Of a DNA stretch of 64,000 nucleotides, positions 8,772-17,774 are shown in pieces. Position numbers and translations under genes: made by a program. This DNA is from Candidatus Ozemobacteraceae bacterium (GTDB lineage Bacteria; Muiribacteriota; Ozemobacteria; Ozemobacterales; Ozemobacteraceae), in assembly GCA_035373905.1 (NCBI GenBank), contig DAOSOK010000002.1:131038-195037 (forward strand), written 5' to 3'. The number at the start of each line of letters is the position of its first letter. The first letter of the stretch is position 1. A model generated the notes under the pieces. It had not been told where the DNA came from. It saw nothing but the letters and a program-made list of their open reading frames with translations, and made no database searches.

Positions 8772-8955
8772 GTGATCAGGAGCCGGTGGTGACCATCTGG
8801 TCGCCGATGTAGCCGAGCATGCCGCTGACCTTGCCGCCGGCGAAGGTGAGAGCCACGATGGCGAGAACGGCGATGAGGCCGATGATGAGGGCGTACTCGA
8901 CAAGACCCTGGCCTTCTTCTTCTCTCACAAAGCGCTGAATCAGGTTCATATGGTT
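8772..8955. repeat. tandem duplication unit 2
   Basis: See the entry for 8413..8596. Confidence 0.85.
8776..8949 (-). CDS. flp: Flp-family type IVb pilin (copy 2)
   Basis: Internal start of ORF 8776..9120; protein identical to copy 1 except GDQM versus GDKM. Same RBS. Confidence 0.85.
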   Translation of the reverse strand: MNLIQRFVREEEGQGLVEYALIIGLIAVLAIVALTFAGGKVSGMLGYIGDQMVTTGS

Positions 8956-9283
8956 CCTCCTGAAAAGATTTTGGATCTGTCCTGCTTGAAGATAGCGCAA
9001 TCCGCATGCCAAACTTCGACGCTGCATATTGCCCCTCTCAGACGGAAGTATATCACACATCGTCGTCAAAAATGCAACTCCTATTTTCAAATTGAAAAGC
9101 CGCTGGGCAAGCCATTTCACGAGAGATCTTCATGAAACTTTAGAATTGCTTATTTTCTCATTGGTACAGAACAGTGAATTCGCACAAATAATTCTTTTCC
9201 CATGGGAGGGGGGCAGAAGTTGACCATATCCTGCGCGAGGCTTATTTACCTCGAACCACGAAGAATTTCCGCAGCGGCGTACA

Positions 9284-11272
9284 TCACTCCGGCCGTTCGG
9301 TGCGCTGGATGCCCCACTGGTCGCCGGTGCTCGGGAACGCCTGCTGAAGGCGGTAGTCATACGTGTCGCCCGTAAAGTCCCTGACGAAGAGAGGCGACGA
9401 GGCGAGGCTTCCCGATGCCGACGCGCAACCGATGTACTCTTTTCCGGCCGGGAATCCGTAAACGCTGTTCGGTCCGAAAACCGGCGGCGTGGTCTGGCCT
9501 CCGAGATTCTCGATTCCCTTGAAACCCTGGCCCGTGAAACTCGTGCCCGCGACGAGAATGTTTTTTCGGATCGTCGGAACGCCGTTGACGACCTGGATGC
9601 CGTACGCCGCGTCGAAGGTGTTGTAATCAACGATCGGCGGTTGATCGGAAATTCTCAGCCCCAGCCCCGTCTTCGCCACGAACAGGTTGTTCGTGACGCT
9701 GATGGAGCCGGCCGTGTCGGCGCAGGAGAGCCCGACCCCGGAAAGATCGAAGAAGTTGTTGCCGGAGTAGGTCGAGGCGTCGTTCCCGCTCGCATCGATT
9801 CCGGTGACGCCGTGAGAAAAGGTACTGTTTGTTATCGAAAGCCGGGTGTTGCCTGTGGCCTTCACGCCGTCCGGCGTGTACAGAACCCTCGAGGCGTTGA
9901 GAGCTAGATCGGTGCAGGAGAGAATCCGGGCGCCCACGGAACAATGGTCCAGAATTAATCTCTGGAAATGCCCCGCCGCTTTTTCGAGTTTCAGTCCTGT
10001 GGCTGCATACGCGATCGTGACGCCGCAGAGGGACGTCGTGGCGTCTGGCGAGTCGGAAATGGTTATTCCGCCCCAGTCTCCTGCAGACGGCGTCGGCCGC
10101 TCTGACGTGAAAATGATGGGCTGTTCGGAACTCGTGCTGGCAATCAGAACGCCGCCGGTGACGAGAAGCTCGACTTTCCCCGTGTCGTTTGTTCGCAGCA
10201 CGTCGGAATCAGAGATTTTCACGACGACGCCGGGGTCGATCTTCAGCGTTCCCATATCGGTCACTGTAATATCACCCGGGACGACGAAGGGGCTGTTGGC
10301 CAGAGTCCAGGTCACGGTGCCCGTGATTTCGCCGGGAACCAGCATCGACACGATCTCGGACGGCCCGCTTTCGTTCCCCGCCTGGTCGACGGCCGACACT
10401 CGGTAATAGTATTTCATGCCGGTTCTGACCGTCGTGTCCGTATACCGTTCCTGGCCTTTCGCAATGAGCGTGTCGGAAACCATCGCGTAGCCGCTCGATG
10501 GAAGTTCCGAGCGGTAGATCCGGTATCCCTTCAGGTCGTTCTCGGTGTTTGGCGCCCAGAAGACGACAACTTGGTTCGGAGTTCCGTCAACGGCGATCGA
10601 TGTTCCCGACGGCGGGGCAGGCACGGTCGAGTCATCCAGCGGAGCAAGCGTAGAGAAAGAGCCGCTCGATGACGTCTCTGATTCTCGTCCCTGCCGGGAT
10701 GCCACGATTCGGAAGAAATACAGCTGATTGGGCTTGAGGCCCGTGATCGTCACGCTGTGGGTCGTCGCATACTGGCCGGAGGGCTCGTTGACGTAACTTC
10801 CGTAACTGTCGGTGGTGCCGTATTCGACGAGGCCGTTCGTGTAATCGGTCGTCTTCCAGGTGATCACCGCATGCGTGGAGGAATAATCAGCGACCGTGAT
10901 GTCCTGGTAATCGAACGAGGAGGTCTCCATGGTGACGTTCGTGATCACGGAAACGGCATTCGAATAGATGGCGGCCCTGAACGTCTTCGGGCGGTAGCCG
11001 GATCTCGTCGCGACGAACTCCTGCTCGCCGAAACCGATGCCGGCGACGTGAAACACGCCGTCGGCGCCGCTCCGTCCCCAGCGGGTGGGATCATACGTCC
11101 AGCTCACGAGCACGTCTTTCAGGGCGGTGCCGCTTTTCGAATACACGGTTCCCTGAAGCTCGCCTTCGCGCGGCGTGACGCTGTTGTCCGCCTCGCATCC
11201 GATGAGCGCCGCGAGCGCGCCGAGACAGACAAGAACCGCTGCCAGGGCGTTGGTGCGTATGAATGAGCGCAT
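9284..11272 (-). CDS. surface lipoprotein: carboxypeptidase-regulatory-like domain + 2 FN3-like domains + right-handed beta-helix repeats
   Basis: Signal peptide + lipobox LIGC. Ig-like GTVYSKSGTALKDVLVSW. FN3-like segments (KGYRIYRS...YYYRVSAVDQAGNES). Beta-helix repeats (NNLFVAKTGLGLRISD). Confidence 0.6.
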   Translation of the reverse strand: MRSFIRTNALAAVLVCLGALAALIGCEADNSVTPREGELQGTVYSKSGTALKDVLVSWTYDPTRWGRSGADGVFHVAGIGFGEQEFVATRSGYRPKTFRAAIYSNAVSVITNVTMETSSFDYQDITVADYSSTHAVITWKTTDYTNGLVEYGTTDSYGSYVNEPSGQYATTHSVTITGLKPNQLYFFRIVASRQGRESETSSSGSFSTLAPLDDSTVPAPPSGTSIAVDGTPNQVVVFWAPNTENDLKGYRIYRSELPSSGYAMVSDTLIAKGQERYTDTTVRTGMKYYYRVSAVDQAGNESGPSEIVSMLVPGEITGTVTWTLANSPFVVPGDITVTDMGTLKIDPGVVVKISDSDVLRTNDTGKVELLVTGGVLIASTSSEQPIIFTSERPTPSAGDWGGITISDSPDATTSLCGVTIAYAATGLKLEKAAGHFQRLILDHCSVGARILSCTDLALNASRVLYTPDGVKATGNTRLSITNSTFSHGVTGIDASGNDASTYSGNNFFDLSGVGLSCADTAGSISVTNNLFVAKTGLGLRISDQPPIVDYNTFDAAYGIQVVNGVPTIRKNILVAGTSFTGQGFKGIENLGGQTTPPVFGPNSVYGFPAGKEYIGCASASGSLASSPLFVRDFTGDTYDYRLQQAFPSTGDQWGIQRTERPE

Positions 11273-11288
11273 CGAGTCTTCTCCGGCG

Positions 11289-13859
11289 TTATTTCAGTCG
11301 GGCCATCGCTTCCTGGACGAACCGCGAGATCTGGCTGTTCTTGGGCGCATGCTGACCGGCGCGCTGGTAGCATGCCTTCGCTTCGGGCAGCAACCGCTTC
11401 TCCTCGTATGCCTGGCCGAGGTTGAAGCAGGCATACGGGTCTTCCGGCGCGAGGTTGACGGCCTTCACCAGAACCTCGATGGCCGAGTCGGTGTCGTGAT
11501 TGTCCATCAGCACCATGCCGAGGTTGTACAGCGCGTAGGTGTCTTCCGGGTTGATTTCGACCGAGCGCCGGAACGCGTTGATGGCGTCGTGCAGCTGTCC
11601 CTGCTCATATAGCGACAATGCGAGATGGGAATACGAATACCCGTCGTCCGAGTCGAGTTCGATTGCCTTGGAAAACGCCTTGATCGCGAGCGGAAGGCGG
11701 CCCGAGTTCTTGTAGATCACGCCGAGGCTGTACTGCGAGAAGGCATCGTCCGGGTTCAGCGTGATCGACTTTTTGAACGACTCTTCGGCCTGCTCGAAGC
11801 TGCCCAGCGCACGGTAAACGGTTCCGAGCAGGTAATGGGCGAAGAATTGTCGTTCGTCGAGCCGGATGGCCATCATCAGGCAGTTGAGGGCGTTTTCGAG
11901 CTGGTTCAGGTTCTTGTAGACGGCTCCCAGGTTCACCAGTCCGGCCACATGGTCTTCCTTCACGGACAGCAGATCCTCGAAGGTGTCGCGGGCCTGCTCG
12001 AGCATCCCGTTGTTCTTGTAGATCAGCCCGAGAACGAATCGGCACTCGACGTCGTCGGGCTTCAGCCGGATCGTCTTCTTGATCGCGGCGACGGCCTCGT
12101 CGAGCATGCCCTGGTTCAGGTAGGCCTTCCCCAGGTGCATGAACGCCTCCTGGAACTCGGGATCGATCTCGATCGTGCGGTTCCAGGCCTTCAACGCCTC
12201 GTCCGAATGGCCCGTGCTCTTGTAGGCGATGCCGAGCTGGAGATGCGCGTGCGAGAAGTCGGGGTCGAGAGCGACTGCCTTTTCCCACTCGCGGATCGCC
12301 TCGTCGAGCATGCCCTTCTCCTTGTAGGCGAGGCCGAGCCGGTAATGCGCGCCCGCGTTCTCGGGGTTGATCGCGACCGATCGCTTCCAGCGGACGAGGT
12401 TCTGATCGTCTATGCCTTTCAAACGATATATAACTTCTAGATTATAATGGGCGAACGAGTCGTAGGGATTCAGGGCGAGGACCTTTCGGAACTCGATGAT
12501 CGCCTCGTCGTACATTTCCTTGTTCTTGTATGCGGAGGCAAGCTTGTAGTGAGCTTCGGCGTTGTCCGGGTGGGCGGCGACCTCGACGCGGTACCGCTCG
12601 ATCATGAGATCCATCTCGGAGCGCGTCCGCACGGGAGGGGCGACTTTTTCGGCCATGTCCCGGGCCTCGCCCTTCTTGCGCAGTTCTGCGGCCTTGCGCC
12701 AGTGCGTGACGGCCTGGTCGTTCTGTCCCTTCACGTCGTAGATCTCGCCGAGCATGTCATGACAGCGCGACAAACCCGCGTCGAGATACAGCGCCCGCTT
12801 CAGTTCCCCGACGGCCTCGTCGAGCATGCCGCGGTCCTTGTAGGCGAGGCCCAGGTTGAAATGCAATTCGGCGTCGTTCGGATTCAGCCCGTTTTCCAGC
12901 TTGAACTCGTCGATCGCCTTCTGTGTCTCGTTTTTCTTCCGCAGAACCGTCCCGATGTGGAAATGGAGCCGCGGAAACTTCGGGTCCGTCTTGAGGGCCC
13001 GCCTGAACTCCTGCAGGGCGGCGTCGTCCATCGATTTCCGGAAGAACGACTGGCCGAGCAGCACGCGCGCTTCGGTCATGTCGGGGCTGATGTCGAGGAC
13101 CCGCTTCAGCGACTCGATCGCCTCGTCGTTGCGACCGGCGTGAAAGTGGGCGAGACCGACGTTCAGGAACGTGAACGCGTTGTCCGGGTTCAGCTCGATC
13201 GAGGTGCGAAGAACCGTGACGGCTTCGTCATACTGCTTCATCGAGATCATGGCCCGGCCGAGCTGGCTCAAGGCGTGCGAATCCTGCGGGTTCAGGATGA
13301 TCGCCTTCTTGAACTCGACGATCGCCTTGCGCGGCCTTCCGATCTCGAGATACGTCGATCCGAGCGCGAAATGGGCGTAGGCGTAATCGTGGTTCAGATC
13401 GATGGCGTTGCGGAACCGGATGATCGCCTCGTCATACAGCTTCTTGAGTTTGTAAATGAGGCCGAGTTGCAGGTGCGCGAAAGCGAAGTCGGGCTTGAGC
13501 GATATCGCCTTCTTGAAGCGGATGATCGCCTCGTCGTACATGCCCTTCTGCTTGTAGATGATGCCGAGGTTCGAGTAGGGAAAGGCGTAGTTCGTGTTGA
13601 ACATGATCGCCTTCTTGAACTCGGTGATGGCCTCGTTGAGCATGCCCTTGTTCTTGAACGCGAGCCCGAGAAAATTGTGCGCGTACGCATCTTTGGGATT
13701 GATTGCGAGAGCCTCGCGATAGATACCGATCGACGTGTCGGTCTCACCGGTCATCTCGACCGCCCGCGCGAGCTGGTAATACGCGAAAAAGTCGCGGGGA
13801 TTGGCCGCGATGCGCTTCTTGCAGTCGTTGATGATCTGATCGTATTTTTTGTCGATCAT
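11289..13859 (-). CDS. large tetratricopeptide-repeat (TPR) protein
   Basis: More than 20 TPR units (A..Y..LG..Y...G.y.eAi..f..Ai.l.P). GGAGG RBS. Confidence 0.85.
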   Translation of the reverse strand: MIDKKYDQIINDCKKRIAANPRDFFAYYQLARAVEMTGETDTSIGIYREALAINPKDAYAHNFLGLAFKNKGMLNEAITEFKKAIMFNTNYAFPYSNLGIIYKQKGMYDEAIIRFKKAISLKPDFAFAHLQLGLIYKLKKLYDEAIIRFRNAIDLNHDYAYAHFALGSTYLEIGRPRKAIVEFKKAIILNPQDSHALSQLGRAMISMKQYDEAVTVLRTSIELNPDNAFTFLNVGLAHFHAGRNDEAIESLKRVLDISPDMTEARVLLGQSFFRKSMDDAALQEFRRALKTDPKFPRLHFHIGTVLRKKNETQKAIDEFKLENGLNPNDAELHFNLGLAYKDRGMLDEAVGELKRALYLDAGLSRCHDMLGEIYDVKGQNDQAVTHWRKAAELRKKGEARDMAEKVAPPVRTRSEMDLMIERYRVEVAAHPDNAEAHYKLASAYKNKEMYDEAIIEFRKVLALNPYDSFAHYNLEVIYRLKGIDDQNLVRWKRSVAINPENAGAHYRLGLAYKEKGMLDEAIREWEKAVALDPDFSHAHLQLGIAYKSTGHSDEALKAWNRTIEIDPEFQEAFMHLGKAYLNQGMLDEAVAAIKKTIRLKPDDVECRFVLGLIYKNNGMLEQARDTFEDLLSVKEDHVAGLVNLGAVYKNLNQLENALNCLMMAIRLDERQFFAHYLLGTVYRALGSFEQAEESFKKSITLNPDDAFSQYSLGVIYKNSGRLPLAIKAFSKAIELDSDDGYSYSHLALSLYEQGQLHDAINAFRRSVEINPEDTYALYNLGMVLMDNHDTDSAIEVLVKAVNLAPEDPYACFNLGQAYEEKRLLPEAKACYQRAGQHAPKNSQISRFVQEAMARLK

Positions 13860-13878
13860 GCGCGCCTCCAGGGTTTTG

Positions 13879-14337
13879 TCAGGGGACCCATTCCAGGGTG
13901 CGGAACGGTTCGATACGCTCGCCTCGGGCGATTTTCCGGATGTCCTCGCCCATGTTCGGGAAAATCGGTCGCCCGGTCAGTTCGTCGGCCGTGAAAAAGT
14001 CGACGCCTTCGACGCGAGGGTCTTCCCCCGTGCCGAGCGTCGAAAGATCGGGATTCAAAGCCTCGAAGATGGGGAACTGGATGTGCCGGCCGGCCGCGCG
14101 GTTCATCGTCTCGCGAAGGCCGAGGAATTTCAGCCCGGAAACGGTGATGCGGAGCTCTTCCCGTAACTCGCGCCGGGCCGTTTCCTCGAGGGGTTCGAAC
14201 GCGTCCTGTCCGCCCCCGGGAAGCAGCCAGTAGCGCCGGCCATCCTTGAGATGCCGGACGAAACAGAGGCGGCCGTCCGGATGACGCAGAGCGACGGTCA
14301 CGCGGACGCGGACGACAGGTACGGACGAATCGAGCAT
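13879..14337 (-). CDS. NUDIX hydrolase
   Basis: Nudix box GGGQDAFEPLEETARRELREELRI. Confidence 0.8.
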   Translation of the reverse strand: MLDSSVPVVRVRVTVALRHPDGRLCFVRHLKDGRRYWLLPGGGQDAFEPLEETARRELREELRITVSGLKFLGLRETMNRAAGRHIQFPIFEALNPDLSTLGTGEDPRVEGVDFFTADELTGRPIFPNMGEDIRKIARGERIEPFRTLEWVP

Positions 14338-14385
14338 ATGTTCCCCCCTTCCTGTTATCGGCAGGCCGAGGGAAGGTGTGCAGTC

Positions 14386-15441
14386 CTATTTTCGGAACTC
14401 TTCTGAGACGACGTTGCGCAGATTCGCCTCGTCGAACAGCCGGCCGACGGCCAACTGCAGGCGCTTGGGGACGAAGAGCGCCTTCCGGGGGGAAGAGGGG
14501 GAAGTCTGCGGGATGTTCATGAGCTGATACTCATGGTTGAACTTGACGAGGAGGTTCAGGGCCCGCAGAAGATCGGAGGGCGTCTGAAACCGATAGAGGA
14601 CGTAGGACTTCGTCGCCGGGCGCTTGTGATACACGTATTCGCCGTGGAGGAACAGCTTCTCGAATTCGTCGTCGCCTTTCCAGTGGAGGGTTTCGGTCGC
14701 GCTCGTGAAGAACATACCGCCGGGCTCGAGGGCTTTGTAAATTCGTTCGGTCAGGGCGGCCTTGGTTGCTTCCTTGAAGTAGATCATCGTGTTGCGGCAG
14801 AAGATGATGTCGAATTTCCGGTCGGGCCAGACGTCGAGCAGGTTGAGGTGCTCGAAGCGCACGATCGCGGTAAGATCGGGCTTGACGCGGAACTCGCCGG
14901 TGCCGGTGGGTGTGAAATACCGGGTGATGAGCATGTTCGACAGCAGTTTTAGTTCGGTCGAGGTATACACCCCTCGGCGGGCGCGCTCGAGGGCCGATGA
15001 GGCGATGTCGCTGCCGATGATGGAGATGTTCCATGGAGTCGGATCGCGAAGCGTCTCGAATATCGATATGGCTATAGAATATGCCTCGGCGCCGATCGAA
15101 CACCCGGCGGACCAGATGGAAAGCTTCCGCTGGCCTTCCTGGTCGCGGGAACGGAGAAGGGGGGGGAGCAGTTCATCCCGGAGAATGTCGAAATGTCTCG
15201 GGTGTCTGAAAAACCAGGTCTCGTTCGTCGTGATGATGTCCAGCAGTTCGATCCTCCGGGCCTGATCCGACTGGATGACGGAGATCAGCCCGTTCATGTC
15301 GGAGCACCGGTACTTTTCGATGAGCGGGAGAACGCGGTTTTCGAGAAACGTGACCTTGCTCGTGTCGAAAAAAAGGCCGAACTCGCGCGAAAGGAAATCG
15401 CGCAACTGGGCATACTCGTTGGGAGAGAACGAGCGGCTCAT
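14386..15441 (-). CDS. CheR-type protein-glutamate O-methyltransferase with a C-terminal extension
   Basis: TNETWFFRHP, IWSAGCSIGAEAYSIA and DIIFCRNTMIYF motifs. 351 aa, longer than canonical CheR. Confidence 0.75.
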   Translation of the reverse strand: MSRSFSPNEYAQLRDFLSREFGLFFDTSKVTFLENRVLPLIEKYRCSDMNGLISVIQSDQARRIELLDIITTNETWFFRHPRHFDILRDELLPPLLRSRDQEGQRKLSIWSAGCSIGAEAYSIAISIFETLRDPTPWNISIIGSDIASSALERARRGVYTSTELKLLSNMLITRYFTPTGTGEFRVKPDLTAIVRFEHLNLLDVWPDRKFDIIFCRNTMIYFKEATKAALTERIYKALEPGGMFFTSATETLHWKGDDEFEKLFLHGEYVYHKRPATKSYVLYRFQTPSDLLRALNLLVKFNHEYQLMNIPQTSPSSPRKALFVPKRLQLAVGRLFDEANLRNVVSEEFRK

Positions 15442-15450
15442 CGGGGCCGC

Positions 15451-15642
15451 TCAGTCATTCTTCGTGCTTCGGGGAAAAACCCTGCCGGCGACGATCTGCC
15501 ACGTCGGGCGGAGACGGTTTTCGACTTCCTTCGCGCAAGGCTCGCACACCAGACGTTCGGTGTTCTGGAAGCGGTAATACGTCTTATTGGAAATGTCATA
15601 GTGTTTGATCCGCAAGCAGAGCGGGCAGCGTTCTTCCTGCAT
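15451..15642 (-). CDS. small CxxC...CxxC zinc-ribbon protein
   Basis: MQEERCPLCLRIKHYD...RLVCEPCAKEVENR. A gaggg RBS before the Met at 15642. Confidence 0.4.
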   Translation of the reverse strand: MQEERCPLCLRIKHYDISNKTYYRFQNTERLVCEPCAKEVENRLRPTWQIVAGRVFPRSTKND

Positions 15643-15705
15643 ATGGTGCGTCCCTCGATCCATGGTATCACGGGCAGAGGCCGTTCGCAAGCCGGTTTGA
15701 GGCGA

Positions 15706-17322
15706 TTACGGTGCTGGAACTTCGCCCGTGTCGAGTTCGTGCCAGACTCCTGCCGGTGCCGTGGCGACGACGCGCCACCCCGGTGCGGAGCGGAACCAGC
15801 GGTCGAAACCCGAATCGGGGGAGGTGAGGGCCGCGGTCGTCGAGAACGACCTCACCCACGAGGCGATCAACCGGGTGTTCGAAGCCGATTCGTAATGTTC
15901 GCGCATGAGCCGGTCGCCGAACAGTTCGCACCGGTCGTCGATCGTGACGCGCAGACGCGGATCGACGCCGACGGCCCAGGAACCGAGGTTGAACTCGGTG
16001 AACACCGCCTTGTTCGGCGTCTTCCGTTCCGCATACGCGCGAATGACCGGGACAAGCTCGAACGGCCAGCGGGCATCGTCGGGCTTGGCCCACCCGGTTC
16101 CGAGGAGCGGCAACGCGGAACCGCTCGCCTGAAGCCAGAAGCCGGCGAGGAGGAGAACGGTCGCGGTTCTGAGCGGAAGCTTCGCGGGGAGCCGGTCTTT
16201 CACAAGGCCATAGAGCGGTTTCCTTTCCGCAATCTCTTTTAGGAGGGAAGACTGGGAATAGATCTCGGCCAAAGCGATGGCGGCCGTGATCGCGAACAGC
16301 GGCGCATTGCGCACGCGGCTCCAGGCGAGGAGAAACCAGACGATGGGAATGACCCAGGTAATCCGCAGGGGGCGCTCCCCGAATTTCGCCAGAAATGCGA
16401 TGTATCCCAGGAACAGGAGGATCGGAACGACTCCGTCGGAAGTCGTATAGATGGGCATATGCTCGATGATCAGGGCTCTGACTTCCGCGGAGTCCATGAT
16501 CGTGGCCCACGTCTTTGGAAGTTCGACGCCGTACGGACCGAGAAACGACATGGCGCAGGCCAAAAAGAGAGACGCCCAGGCGATGAACACCCTGCGGGGC
16601 GCTGAAAGCGGCGTAGGGACGCTGGAGAGGCGCAGGGCGGTCCAGCCGGCAACGGTCAGGCCGAAGGTGCCGATTCCCGCGAGATAGCCGCCATGACTGT
16701 TTGCCCAGATCCAGAACATGGGGAGCAGGAGCAGAAGATGGCTGACCGGGCGCCGCCCCGCCTCGATATCGACGAGCATCGCGAAGAGAACGGCAAGTGC
16801 GGCCATCGTGATGAGAAGCGGTCGAATGAGAAACTGGATCGATGCTGCCGAAAACACCATGGCCATGATGAGAACCGTTATCAGCAGATGCATTCCAGAG
16901 TTGTACAGCCTGATCCAGATCCCCGTGAAGGTGAGAGCGGTCAGAAGGGTGGCGGCCAGGAGCAGCGTGTCGAATCCGCCGACCATGCTCAGAAGCGCCA
17001 TACCGACTTCGCTCAGCCACTGCTGGGCAATCCAGGGCTGGCCGAACCTCGAGCACGTGAAGGGATCGATCCTGATCAGGCTTCCCGAGTGAAGCATGAC
17101 ATTCCCATACATCGTGTGGGAATAGGTGCCGCAATCATTGAAGAAGGACGTGCGGAAAAAGATGTGAAGCAGAAGCCAGATGACCAGGAGCGCAAGCCGC
17201 CCGGCCCTGAGGGAACCGGCCTCTTGAAGGATCGAAGACAACCCCGTGCGGGTGGTAACCATGAACCGGATGATAATACGGACCGCAGAAGACGCGCGAC
17301 CCTGATTTTCAAGTTTGAGCAC
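15706..17322 (-). CDS. polytopic integral membrane protein with a C-terminal soluble domain (function unknown; possibly GT-C-like)
   Basis: About 11 predicted TM segments and a ~170 aa C-terminal hydrophilic domain. The competing frame 15668..17134 is Arg/Gly-rich and looks spurious. Confidence 0.5.
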   Translation of the reverse strand: MLKLENQGRASSAVRIIIRFMVTTRTGLSSILQEAGSLRAGRLALLVIWLLLHIFFRTSFFNDCGTYSHTMYGNVMLHSGSLIRIDPFTCSRFGQPWIAQQWLSEVGMALLSMVGGFDTLLLAATLLTALTFTGIWIRLYNSGMHLLITVLIMAMVFSAASIQFLIRPLLITMAALAVLFAMLVDIEAGRRPVSHLLLLLPMFWIWANSHGGYLAGIGTFGLTVAGWTALRLSSVPTPLSAPRRVFIAWASLFLACAMSFLGPYGVELPKTWATIMDSAEVRALIIEHMPIYTTSDGVVPILLFLGYIAFLAKFGERPLRITWVIPIVWFLLAWSRVRNAPLFAITAAIALAEIYSQSSLLKEIAERKPLYGLVKDRLPAKLPLRTATVLLLAGFWLQASGSALPLLGTGWAKPDDARWPFELVPVIRAYAERKTPNKAVFTEFNLGSWAVGVDPRLRVTIDDRCELFGDRLMREHYESASNTRLIASWVRSFSTTAALTSPDSGFDRWFRSAPGWRVVATAPAGVWHELDTGEVPAP

Positions 17323-17774
17323 GTGACGAACAAAGCTCGTGATGAGGCGCCGAAAAGAATTTCTATTTAGTTATCTGTGATAGAAAACGAAAGATCGGGG
17401 GCGAAAAGAGGGCGGTTTAGGCGAAAAATCTGAATATATCGGGTGAAAGTCGGGTGTGGGTTCTGACGATGTAAATCATAGAGATAAGGAGTTGGGGATA
17501 CCCCCCCTCCCGGCCCGAAAACAAGGAGGCAGGCATATGGTGCGAACACGGATGATCGCAAAACCCCGGGTGGCCGAAACGCCGTTGTGGGAAACGACGA
17601 ACGCTCACGTTCCGTGCCGCACGAATGGCCCCTGGGTGCGGGGACGCTAAGAGGCGCCCCGCGGGGAAATGGTGTCCTGAACTTCGTCTGAACGGCAAAA
17701 TTCAGGATATCCTGCGCAACCGGATGGAAGGAAGCCATCCGGTTTGCCATGTACAGGGGAAATACGCCGGCGCC

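Noticed and set aside
9029-9223. 64 aa ORF in the AT-rich region upstream of the flp copies.
   Set aside because: It lies in a promoter-like AT-rich island, with no RBS or motif. More likely the flp promoter region.
17323-17774. 450 bp intergenic region searched for tRNA or small RNA. It contains the CAGGATATCCTG palindrome and a CCGGATGG...CCATCCGG hairpin.
   Set aside because: No cloverleaf or conserved tRNA boxes recognisable by eye. The hairpin lacks a U-run. Left uncalled; a covariance-model scan (tRNAscan/Infernal) would be needed.
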